Source: Ophelia neglecta (taxonomy: Eukaryota). From it: 64,000 nt of DNA. Below the pieces are notes generated by a model. The model was not told where the DNA came from and did no database searches. It saw only the letters and a list, made by a program, of their open reading frames with translations. Location: NCBI GenBank assembly GCA_965285935.1, contig OZ260666.1, positions 40,734,001-40,798,000 on the forward strand. The letters are read 5' to 3'. Each line of letters opens with the position of its first letter. Position 1 is the first letter of the stretch. Below are positions 1 to 12,800 of this stretch, piece by piece. The position numbers and the translations under genes were made by a program.

Positions 1-1325
1 TATTAGGCCTAACATTTCAGAAAACTGAAGTGGCATCCTATCTGGTTAATTCATTTCCCCTCTAGTTGGAAGATGCAGCCGGAATTCTCGAAACAACTTC
101 CGGTCAGATAACCAACGCTTTGCCGGGCTATAAGGTTGAGCACGTAAACGAAAACAGCTGAATCGTCCGTCAGCTATCGTTTACATGGTTTAGTGGGTGA
201 TAAGCTAGGAGCCTATGCCTCAATTTCACTGAAAGCTACTGAAATTATTTGGCGTCGAACTGAAGAGCCTTCGCATCTTTCAGTCAGCCTTAAATTAACT
301 ACTTTCTGTAGCTCATGTATAAAAGAAGGACAGCGTAATTTCGTTGACAGGACAAAGTGATTAGGCTACAACTGAAACTATCTGGGCTCGGGTACATGAT
401 GATTCTTCAGACGTCTATACATTAGTAGCTAGAACAAAGAAATATAAAGGAATATTGGACCCTGGGCGAGATTTCACTCCAATAACCGACATTATCTCTA
501 ATATATAAGTGTTCCAAGCGCCAGAAACACCTCACAATAACGACAATGCAGACACAGGAACATCTACATCCTTAACAAAAAGATTACCTTGGTTCGTTAT
601 TTTATTACAATTACTTTTAAAACCGTTAGATGGATATCTGTAATCTCTCGTTTGCAGATTCGCTGACTTAATGCCATTGTAAGGCCGCCACAATTCTAAG
701 AATATCAAAGAGGGTTTAAGATAATCAAAGTAAAAAATGTTGACTGCGTAACCTTAATCGCTAGATGAGATAAACAAGGAAAATAAAAACCAGTCCTGAG
801 GTGATTCCGTGTCTTAATTCCAACTCTCCTTCACACAAACTGCATATTTTTCTAGTGTTCCTTTGAACTAAATTTTATTATCGCTTTCTTTATCGCGGCA
901 GGTTTTTCTGCCGATGGTGTTTTGGCCGTTGTTGATTCTGTTTGACGCCAGGAATGTCTAAACGACTTACTGCTATGGAGAAACACAATAATCGAACTAG
1001 TTATCCGTCGGATTCTATCGGTCCTCAATCTGGCGTTAATGAGTAGGCCCTTCCATTGAATACCTCTTTCATTGACTGCCTATCTTGATAAATTGAATGA
1101 CGTGTTCAGGGAAAAATGTTATTGTGAATCAGTTACCAATTAGGAATCGAACCAATGGTGTTTGATCAAATTCAGCTCAAAGTTATAGGGTTTTTAATCC
1201 CGAGAAGTTCAATTTTTCTCTATTTCAGATGTTGACTGTATTCTCTATGCCATTGTCAGATTTATGATAGGTGAAAGCTCCGACATATGGCAAATCCACA
1301 AACACCACACCACACCAAACTGTAG

Positions 1326-1515
1326 TATCAGGACTGGTCAACCCGGTGTCAGTATAATGTGACTTGGTGGGGTTCCCTGTCTGGTGTCTAAGGCAGCTAC
1401 TCCAGTGAGGCAGCACTCTAAAGAGGGCATTGAGCCCACTGTCACAAGTAGGCACTGTGGCGATATGACCGATAAGCGTTGAAAGCCACGAAAAACCCCA
1501 AACAACTACAACCAA
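1326..1515 (+). mobile_element. 5'-truncated SINE, Deu/Nin-domain-like body and 3' tail
   Basis: GGACTGGTCAACCCGGTGTCAGTATAATGTGACT...CAGTGAGGCAGCACT...CGATATGAC...GTTGAAAGC...AAACCCCAAACAAC resembles, from memory, the widespread invertebrate Deu/Nin-domain SINE consensus; the tRNA-derived head is absent. Confidence 0.6.
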
Positions 1516-4500
1516 ACTGCAGAAATCTGTGCTTTCTTTGACATGCAGATACGTAGATACGTGCGAAAAAACCATGGCATACAATCAAACTAAGTATACA
1601 TAAATATTAATCGGTAAAAAAGTAACTTAAGTCTTGGTCAAATTTGTTACTTAAGAGTTCATCAAATAAAAAGGATAACACCTTTCTCAATAACTAGCAA
1701 CTTTTATAAACTTAAAATTCATACCGCATGAGTCCCCGCGTTTGCCTGGTTCGTTGTCCTGTGACATTTCAAACATCTTCTCTTTTCTTCAGGATACATA
1801 ATGTATTATCCAGATTTAAATCGTTGCGACAGGTTTCCACTGTATCGCCCACCTTCAGCCGCAGAACTGATCAATCGAACTTATTTCCCTGGAACTGACA
1901 CCAAGGCGACAAGTACCGCACTAGAAGCGACGCCAATCCATCAACCCACACACGAATTATCAGTTTCACCGAAAGTTATCACCAGGAAGTCTAATTTTAG
2001 TTGCTTGTTTTTGTTCCAAAGATTTGGCTCCAGTAACTAACATTTGTTCTTTTCTTCACTTTACTCGTAAATTGAATACAGGTATTATTGCAAGGCACAG
2101 GCAGTCAGGCCAAGCAACCGAGCGTTCATTGGCTAAAACAACGGAAATACTGTGACGTAATAAAATTAATTGGAAATCCCAATGCGATCAAATGAATACG
2201 CTATGTGCACTCAATCTCTCATTTGTACACAGGACCAAGCTTTTCTATAACATTTCTATGTGCAAAGCAGATGAAAAAATTGGATGAAAAATTCTGCAGC
2301 AGCCTGTTATAAAAGTCTTCGCCCTAGAAAACTAGGAATGAAAAATGAAATCATATCTGGCAAGTCGGCATCACTGTCATCCCTCCCGTGGTTTCCATCG
2401 TATATTACTCGTGGCCAATGCCTGGCCTCCAATAGGGCACTCAACATTGATGATAGGGTTACTAGATTTGGGACCGCTTACTTGATAGACGCATACTTTT
2501 GAATGCTCCGCCTATATTTACGTATTTACGAGATGGAACTAGACGTGGGCTACATGGATGGTCTGTTTTGCCTAGTAATTTAGATGAAGGTCCTATAGAT
2601 AAGTAAGGTATCACAAGGTGGGTTATTAATATAACCTACGCAAATAACTGAATTTAACCTTCGATCTGTGCAAAACAAATATCTTGATTCGTGAAGAGGG
2701 AATCGTTTTCTTGTTTTTTTTCTCAATAAAATTTAAACTTTTAGACCAGTGGCGAGTGTCTCAATGTTTGTTTCAGAAGCCAACATCTAGTATAGATTCA
2801 ATTTATCTAAATAGTAAAACATCTTTAAATGTGTTACCCATCTTTGATGATTTATTTGTCGGGAAAGTTTTTCAACACAAGGCTAGGGAGAGCTTTGAAC
2901 ACAGCAAACGAAAAGAAATCAGGATGGTAATGGATGGTTACCTTTATCGGCAATCAACGACATATTCATTGGGATGCGAGAGTGCCACATAATAGAGATT
3001 TTTTCTGGCGTTTCCGTCCGCGACACGTCGGGCCCAGCCTAACAGGAGGCATTCAGGTTTACCTTAATTGCGCTGCAGGACTGAGCCTTGAGCACTTCAG
3101 AGGCGTCATTTTTGCCTGGTTGGCAGAACTCCACGGTTCGGGGACGGACACGTCTGAAAAATCTTAAACTCTCTAATATAATTCGGTCCCATATTTTAAT
3201 TTTTTTTTGTAATTCCAGTGCGAGCAGCTCGGACAACACTCATAGCGGCTATCTCACAAATAATCGACTGGGCATTAGCAGACTAACATCACCAAGAGGC
3301 CGATTTCCCATGTCTCTGTCACTTAAATTGCCACGGGGATGACCTTATAAGGCTAAAAACTGAGCACGTGAATAAAAGCCGACCATTTTGTGTCATTCTA
3401 GCTACTTATCTTGCCTAGTCCTCCATGGTCGTAATAAACTGCCCATACCTGAACCCCGAAAAAAACCAGACCCAGCGGAAATTGTCACATTTGCATAAAC
3501 TACGGAATTCTTCAATAAGGAAACCATGTTGAGTAATTACATTGCTTTCTTTGTTACACAAATGATCTTTCAATCAAACAATATTTAAGTATATCTTGTT
3601 TGTACTGTTCAGTTGAAACGATGGTCAAGGGACCGTGTTGAATGCTTAATCTATAGAAGGCGCGGACATTTTATGGGCTTCTTACTTTGTTTCTACGCAT
3701 GTCCTATACGGCTCCGCTGGTGAAAGGGACTGCACACATGGATAGATACTACTTTAAGCTTGTATTTTAGTAATATAGACGTGGGTGGTAGTTTTTTGGT
3801 CGATAACAACGGTTACATCGTGTATATTGGAACGTCCTTGAAGAAGTTCCAGGGCATTTAAAGATTCCTTTAAATTTCTCAGAGATCAAATCGCTAATAA
3901 CTTTCTTGTTCATTCCTAGGATTCCACCGATCTGGCAGCAGATGTTTTGGAGTGCTCAGCGGTCTATAACTTATTTGTCAGGTCATATTCCAGACGTTTT
4001 CTGGTAGCGATGATTACTTTCACAGTTTCGCATAATTCCTTTTTATACCGCTTTATATTTCTTTTGAAATATTCAGGTCGGTATTGTAGGGCAATGCCCG
4101 ATGAAAAATGTGTGATGTATGGATACTATAAGCTCCCTATAAATTCCCTTTATTGGCCTATAAAGTTCTATATAGAAAGTACAGCTGGAGTTGGGTATTT
4201 TATAGTAGGTCCGTTATTAATATAGGAGGATATGGCTTAGGCAGACATAACAAGTCAACAGCGTTCAATTTGCGCGACACAAAATCCGGTTTTTTGATTT
4301 AATTGCACTAGCTGCATATAAATAAGAAATGTATATTAATTTGGATTAATCAACTAACTAATGAACAACGAACTAGTATAATAAGCGTTGCCTTTTCAAA
4401 AAAGGGGGAGACCATTTTAATTTCTGGCGTTGAGTTTAGAGCTGGTTACTCAGGGAGCAAAATTGATATGAATTGCGAGAGCAGACTACACAGTAGTGGG

Positions 4501-5089
4501 CATGTTCTGTGTTGCCGCGGTCTAGGCCACAACACGTGGTTTAGAGGTCAGTATCGGACTAATTGCAGTATGTGATGCTTCTCATCCCGGAGCACAGACC
4601 GTGGTTTGACGGAGACAGCGTTTTACGAGACTGGCCGCCTGTTAACTGCGCCAAATATCAACTTGGACAACCAAATAAAACTATTTAAGAAATGTGGACA
4701 GGAAACCCATCCGTACCGTGTTTGTCTACCTATGTAGGCCAACCGAACAGATGCAAAAGGCCGGCCATAAAATGTAGGCCCATAGTCACCACGAGGCTCA
4801 GACTCATGTAAAATTCTTTGTTTGTCTATAAAGCAACAATAAAAAATGGTAAAAACCGTCGCTATACGTAGGATGCCAAAAGGCCACCGTACGTTTTGAA
4901 GAGAAACTAAAGTCCAAGCAGCATTAGAAGTGTGACAAGCGAAACTGATAATTTTTATCTTAAAACAGTACCCCGAAGTGGTCAATAGATAAGGGACCCA
5001 TGTGTACCTATATTGAATTATGAAACTGATGTCCAGAACGTAGCATGGAAAAATAAGTTCACCCTTTCATGTGTGTTGCTGTTAGAGTT

Positions 5090-5480
5090 CAGACACTTCG
5101 ATAAGATAATTAAACCTTCCATCGATGTAACAGACGGATGTAAAAATGAATTGCTTGAGTAGTTGCTGTGTGAAATTGGAACCAAGAAAAGACTGGACAT
5201 GTCTTCACCTGGAGCCAGGTTGGAGGCGCATACACTGGTAGGAAGTAGTTTGATGGCAATGGCCAGAAATATCAGCCTAGACAATCTCACCTCACCCGGA
5301 CATTACTAGATAAAACTGGATTTCCAAATAACCAGCTGTGATGAATTGCTCAAGTAGCACGGTCTCAGATAGGTCTAGAATTCCTTGTTTTACCTCCTGC
5401 GAGATTCCTCGATGTTTTCTATCAGCCTGGAAAGAGACTTCATCATGGCCGCTCACAGTCAAAGAGACTCGTGGATGTTC
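5090..5480 (-). mobile_element. Degenerate 3' end of a CR1/L2-type LINE ORF2
   Basis: Frameshifted minus-strand pieces (RLSRLIF..., LVPISHSNYSSNSFLHP..) resemble the C-terminus of CR1/L2 ORF2 (RL..FYK...P.S....Y..SFFPR...W); no intact ORF. Confidence 0.4.
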
Positions 5481-7085
5481 GGGAGATTGCGGAACTATCA
5501 CCGGGGGTCGAGCTATGGAAGCTTGACTCCACTTCGGTTGGCATTAATGCTCGAACACAGGTTTATCAACAAAAACCAATTCCAACAATACAAAAAAATG
5601 TTTAGGACACCAATCTGCCTCAAAACAAATTTACACTTGATTATAATACATGTAAAGAAGGTCTTCGGGTAGATTTTAGCGAATTGCATGGATATCTAAT
5701 AGCAGATTTAATGCTTTGGACAGTACGGTGTTATTGTTTTTATAGGGCATGCTCCAAGAATTCACTTGAAACAGGCATAAACACTCCAAGAAGTAATTCA
5801 CTGGGCTTGTGCCCTCTAATCTCTGAGTAAGCAATGGAGTCTAAATTTAACCCCTGACTAAGGCTGGCAGAGGAATCCCTCAGTCGGGGAAGATCCCACT
5901 GTCTATCGGAGTTCTCGGAACATGCCCTTTGCCCTCTCCAAACTAATCAAAACAAAACCTCCCGGTAAAGCTCCAAGAAATTGCTCAAAGAACTACAACA
6001 GGCAGAGCAGCCGCCTCGCTGGTTCAACTTGTACGTCAAAACGCCAACTTACCTATTTTCTTTTGAAGCGATCCAAAACAAGAGAAGTATCCTTTGAGGA
6101 AGGTAGTGTTTAAGCATTTAGACCTTAACCCCTAGCTCTAATATGGTGGGCAATCAGATTGGAGATTGAATAAAATCACGTGGTCGCTGCCATGGCAACC
6201 AACTTATTTCACTGGTCGGTGAGCAGCGCTGTTTTGTGTTGTGGTCGATTGAGGCCAGTGGCAACGTGTGATAGGTTGATTGGAATGCTCAATTTGCCGA
6301 ATATCGCCCAGTATTTGTTCATAATAAACACCCTTGATACTCGGGTTAGATATCAACTCGGCTAGCTGGACCCTCCGGTACATCATCATAGCTCCATCGC
6401 CATCTTTGTTTATGTTTTTGCAGAAATGAGCCATACAAACACGAACGCAAACTTCTTATACAGAATGATGGCCAGCAATCTCGGTAACCTCAACATTACA
6501 TAGAGCACCCGGTAGTAGAGGCGGTGAAGGAGTGAGAAGTTTTAGTCTATGGATAACGCATTGCTACAATAGTATACGCGGGTTTAAATTCGAGAAAAAT
6601 CGATTGGTCCCGAAATTAAAACTCGCGAATATCATATTGGGATATGTTACAATATAAACATCTATTTCTAGCAACGAAATCAAAAATCCGCGAACATATT
6701 TTCCGTTTAGAGACATACTGTATAATTATAGGCTTGTTCAGTAGGCCTTCTGTAGCTTTATTAGTATTACGCAATTACGCCCTTGCTTATCACTAGGCCT
6801 ATTCAAAATTAATCTAAGTACTAGAGTCTATGAGTACGTGTAGTTAATTACTGTATTAATTAATTTTGCTCTCATTATCTGAAGAAACGACCTGTTCTAG
6901 TGCCGACTTCACCTCACTAGAGTTATAATTTGAAAAATCTGTAGGTCTAGATTCTCATAATACTCCAAATCTACATCGCTGAGCTGGCAGATTACATAAC
7001 CCAATAACTAGGCTATAGAGGTCTAGGCGTATGTATACCGCAGTCTATGTACATGATGTGATAAACGACACATAGATCTAAATGT

Positions 7086-7091
7086 TTTATT
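7086..7091 (-). terminator. Candidate polyadenylation signal (AATAAA) of CNGK
   Basis: AATAAA on the minus strand ~465 nt after the stop codon. Confidence 0.35.
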
Positions 7092-7555
7092 AGTTTTTTT
7101 TTACAAATTGCAAATGAAAAAAACAAGACAGACAAAGTGGAAATATGACCGGATGCGTGTGAAAAACAAGAATATCCTGGATCTGTATGTAATGGTGAAC
7201 CAAAGATTGGTTGTAAGCTGACTTCTAAGCCGAGGCAGATTTCAGCAAATCTTCGAAATATCTAGTATGTGTTTTCAAAATTAGGCGATAATAGATAAAA
7301 TGCGATAAAAAATTCTTTAATAGTATGATTAATGTTGTATAACACCAGTTAACACAAAGAAAACTATACAAGCACCAGTGCAGTCTGCATGGCCGACCTT
7401 CTCTGTCACTCTGGGTCACAATGCACCTATGACCTTCGAACTTGTTTTGACTTATTTCATTCAAAATGTAGGTTAAATTTTATGACCAATCTTTCAGCTG
7501 ACTGTACCGAGACATGCTTTGTTAAATCTGAAAACCTTCACAGTTTTCGAACGCT

Positions 7556-9850
7556 TTACGCTATGACACTCGCAGTCGATTGGCCCGACAACTTTCGGAC
7601 TTCCTCTAGAATGTCACCGAAACGTTCTTCAGCCGACTCCTGAATCTGTGAAGCGATGACGGGATAGTGCTCTAACACCTCGTCTAAGTCCTCCTTTGAA
7701 AGGGTTAGAAGGTCACAGTGATTTTTGGCGCGAACTGAAACACGTCTTGGAATGGAACAAACGAGACTGATCTCGCCGAAGAGGTTGCCCGGGCCGAAGT
7801 CGTCGACAACGCTAGGAGGATCTTGATCGCTGAGGACCTCCACCTCGCCACGCGTTATGTAAAACAGCTCATTGCCGACATCGCCTCTCTGAATGATGAA
7901 GTCTCCGGGCATGAACAGGACCTGAAAACAAAGGAGATTTGGTTCAGAATGCCTGGCAGTTATCCGATGTCTACCCACCAGTCGCGACAAGAGAAAACAG
8001 GTCATACCTGATTGACTTTTTGGGAAATCAGACGAAGAAAGCTTTCTTCGGCGCCTTCGAAGAGAGGGATTGCATGAAGCATGTCTTTGCAGATCTCCAT
8101 GCTGATCTCAGCCAACATACATCCGGGACAGTCCTTCAGCAGCTGTTTGGAATCTTGGCCCTTCTTCCGGTTCCAAAGGTAGTCGAAGTACCCTATGACA
8201 CGATCCTGAAGAGACTTGGGTACGTTCTGGTCGATCATATCCTCTTTAATGGAGTCCAGTTTTTTGTCGTATACAACTCGTCCGGATTCTTCGTTGGCAA
8301 GAGTGGAAGCGATGTTTCCGAGGACAAATCCAAACATGAGTTTACCTAGAACCATTACCACGCTGGCAAAAAACATCTCGGTCACGTTATAGGCGTGGAC
8401 GTCTCCGTAGCCGGTAGATGTCATGGTGGCGACACACCAATATATACAGGTACAGTAGGCTGTCAGCGGAGTCATTGGACCTGCAGGCGATAGAACAAGC
8501 ATTGTGATCCCTTAATACACCACAGGAAATGAGTTTTATTTTAACTTTATTATCAATTCTAATGCGTATGCATAGAATCTATAATTATAGGCCTATTAAT
8601 ATGGAGTTATTAAATATGCGACAAAACTAACTTACCTTCTACATCGGCCCATGTGTTTGTTTCGCAATTGTCTAAAGGACATGCAATAATATACCAGATA
8701 CAGGAAAAGAGGTGAACCATAATTCCGAGGTTCATGGCGCTACTTAACAACCTCACCACCAGCATACTAAAGAGAGTAAAAAAAAAGCTTATCATATATG
8801 CTAATCAAGACTCGATTGTTATAACTATTTTTCACACTTCCTGAAGTGCGTCTTTTACGTGTACTACTCACTTTACATCCAGTTCTTTTTCCCAGCATCC
8901 GAAGTAGCGTTTTGCCTCCATAATTCTCAGGATATGTATCAGACGTAGATAGCTCATTGTCATAAGTCTACTGCCGGAAGGAGCGGCAAATGCAAAGATC
9001 TCTAGAGGCAGAGCCACCATCAAGTCCAGGGGAAACCTCGCCCAGCTATCGCGGTAGTTCTTAAAAACCACGTCAAAGTCGTCCAGCAAATCCCCCTGCT
9101 CGTTGTAAAAGCTCGTGTGGAACCTGAGGTACATCTGTAAGTAGTATAAGTTTAAGTAAACTAATAGGCTTACTCTGTCGGACTGTGTTCAGATATCGAA
9201 ATGCTATTTATGTTACCAGACTACGTGTATGAGTAGTTCCATCCTAACACAGTGGTCAGCATTTCACTTTATCTGATTAGAATATTTCCTCTGTGGATCT
9301 ATCCATCCAGGTAATCATAATGTTAACACGGGTATGAGGTGTACTACTTCTCTGGCCTACTTCACTTAGTCTACATCTTGAGCAGACTCCCGGAAGGGGC
9401 CGGGGGGGGGGGGGGGGTAATGAACTTACATTTATAATGAAGAAGATATCACAGATAAAGCTGATTGTTATGATAGCGACATGGTGATCTTGATAAGTCA
9501 TCTGAAATACACAAAAAGAGTTTAATTGCATTTTCGAAAAACATAATGCTTTTCCACCTTCATATAATGCATTCATCAACATTTTTTTGGCTGTGATAAA
9601 AAAGAAACGAAATAAAAATTCACCATTCAGCAATTCAGCAAAAGGATAATGTTACAAGTTATATATAAGTTTTTTTATTTGATTATTTTAAAATAAGCGC
9701 ATAATCGGAATAGTTTAAATTAATCGTTTTACAGTACCTCGTAGGTGATGATCCATGCAGACAGAATGGACACTACACACAACACGTTATTGTAGCGTTG
9801 AATCAGTTTATTGTTGGGGTCTATGGTAAAGCGATTTAAATTCCTCAACT
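7556..9850 (-). other. CNGK repeat IV (pore TSTGYGD, CNBD FGEISLVCSIPRRV)
   Basis: Translation of exons 9916..7556. Confidence 0.88.
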
Positions 9851-12800
9851 GTTGAAACATGTTTGGCTTCGGAGGTACGTTTTCGTCCTCTCCCTCTGCC
9901 GCCTCTTCTTTCTTATCTATAGAGATCATTTGTAACGAAAACGTCAATAAAGCTTTGTCCTAGTCATAATCTAGGCTTAGCAGTTACATATTATACATGC
10001 ATTTGATTATTTCATTATTTAATTTTGATTTTAGTAATGTCTGTTGCAACCCTTTCGTTGTAATGGGGTGATACAATGTTTACCTAAATTATATCCAGCG
10101 TTTTCAACAAGATATAAACTAGTTCACCGTCATTGTTATTATTTTCATTCTCGCCTCCTTCCTCTTCAGCGGCGTCTGGGGAAGGAGAATTTATGGAAAT
10201 TAAGACTCCAGTCTCGCCCTTGTCCCCCCGGTCTGTCTTTGTCTCCTCTGTCTCGTCTGCCGTCTCCGAGTCCACCTCCTCACTCGCACTGCTGTCCGTG
10301 GTGCTTTTGATAGTCTCTACCTTAGTGACTTCCTCATTTTCCTCCTCATGTTTGTCTGCCGCCTCTTTTTCCTCTTCTTCCTCTTCCTCTACCACTGGTT
10401 TGGGTTGGACATTGACACGTGCGGCACTACGTTTCTGCGCCTGTAGACGGCGCTCTTCAGCTATCCGCATGATCTGGTCCTTGATGGCGGGATAATTGTC
10501 CAGGGCCATGTCGAGATCCTGTTTGGTGAGCACGAAAGCGTCCGTGTTGACACGGGCCCTGATGGAGGCAGTACGTGGACACGAGAAGAGCAGGGCCACC
10601 TCGCCGAATCCGGCCCCAGCCCACATGGTGGCAAACACCACGTTACCATCCTCAGACACCACATCTACCGCTCCAGTATGAATGAAAAACATCTAAGGAC
10701 AAACCGCAATAGTTGTGACTCAAATAAATAAGCGTTTTACTGGTTATCGAAACAATATAAATTGCTTAATGACCGACTTTTTTTAGACACGACATTTTCT
10801 TCAAACAGAGCCATACCTCACTTCCAATATCAAATTTCCTCACTACATATTCGCCCTTGAGAAACAGCATTGGCTTGATACACTTGGACAACATTTTGAT
10901 GAAAGATACCTCCGTTCCTTCAAACAAGGAAATCTTACTGATAATGTCCTGTATGTAAGGAAAATATATGAATTGTACAGCCAGAATGGGAAAGAACAAT
11001 ATAAGTAAATACAGCCATGTGAAATAGGATTATAGGATTACTCGTAGCCAGGACAGGGCGCTCCATCTAATGATTGTGATGAGACAACTCTTTGTGTACG
11101 CCTACTAGCTTTAACGCCAAGTCCCAGGTTTTGGTGCTTGACTTTCCTGTCGTACACGTCATACCTGATAGAGACTGAGTGTGACGTCGCCCCACAATGC
11201 ACTGGGTAGTCCATCGAACAAACTCTCGGGCTCGACGCCCTGGGTTCTTAGCCACACGTATTGGTAATAGTCAGCCACTCGTTTCTGAAGGAGGTCGTTT
11301 ATCTTCTGATCTTCCATGTACCGTCTGGAAAGTAAGGAATATCTCTGGTTCATTAGCCTGTTTACTGTGCGGCGGATCAAAGCAGTGGCAGATCCAGTAT
11401 TTCAGGAAGTGGGGGGGGGGGGGGCAAATTTTCCAAGGCTGACAAGGCCAATGTCTGGATTGTCCCCGTTACCAACCCCTTAAAGCCCTGCCTCCCCACC
11501 CCCCCACCCCCCTTCTGAATCCTCCACTGTCACAGGGAAGGTCCAACGATCATGACTGGGAGGAGCCAAGAAGGTTTAGAGGCTCAACTTCCGACCTGTA
11601 GCTTTACACTTAAATATGCATTTATCAGAGAAGTAAAACCTGCGTAAAACCAGAAGCAAAGCCGATTTAAAGGAAGGCATCGAAGGGTGAAGGGGCACTA
11701 TAGCTTCATCTCCCAGCACCTTATTTTATAAATTCCTATCCACAAAGGTGAGAACCAGCTCCTCTGCACTAAGAGGGTTTTTCTTCCACGAAATAGATAC
11801 AATTTTGTAATTCATATATTCTTACAATGGGGAGATGGGAGTGGCTAATTTGATTGCATTATAACAGTTCATTAGGCCAGCAATCAGGGTGAGATTTGAT
11901 ATAATTCTCGGCAATCCACGGTTTTTCATTCATTTCGGCCTAACACACCTTATAGCTCGTAGTTTCTCCTGGAAGCGGGCTCTCTGCGCGTCGGCGTTGG
12001 CCAGGCTGGCAGCCACGCTGGCGATAATATAGCCAAAGAAGAGTACTCCGAGAATCATGACAGACAGCGACACCAACATCTCCACTTCCGTATTGGCGTT
12101 GATATCTCCGTAACCGACCGACACGGCAGTGGCGGTCCCCCAATACAAACTGATTGAGTAAAGGGTACCTACAGCGGAAAAAAATAAAACATAACTTTCT
12201 GAGGTGTTTTCCAAAAAACAACAACATCGTAACAGATGTATGTCTGAGGAGAGATAAGCTAGCCTTGAAGCTTAATAAAGTCATTACTATATTGACATTG
12301 CAGACGACACTTCGGATAAGCAATTATAGGTTAGAAGGACCTACCCACTCCAGCTTGGGTTAGATTGTGGTGTGAGTTGGTGATCCATGATCCAGACACA
12401 CACTGATGACCTGAAGTTGTATGGAAAACGGTACTGGTCAGCCCAAATACGTCCGGGGGACAGGCCAGCACAAAAACGGTACAGGTTGTCCAGTGGATGA
12501 AGATTAAACAGTAGAAGAAGAACTTGATCTCCCTTACTAAACCGGTCTCTTTCTCCACACTGGATTCCAGGTAAGTAAACGCCAGGGGGAGCTGATAAAG
12601 CGAGATGACACGGTTCAGACGCAGGATGGCGAACAGATGGACACCCTCCGAAGCTGAAGACAAAATTGAACAGTATAGTTATTTTGTACTAGATCTATCA
12701 GAAGTACACTATCAAATCGGTAACGCTTTTCCTCAGCAAGTGCCAATTATATTCAATGAAAGTCCCTGCCAGGGAGATCACACAACTTACTAAAATGTGG

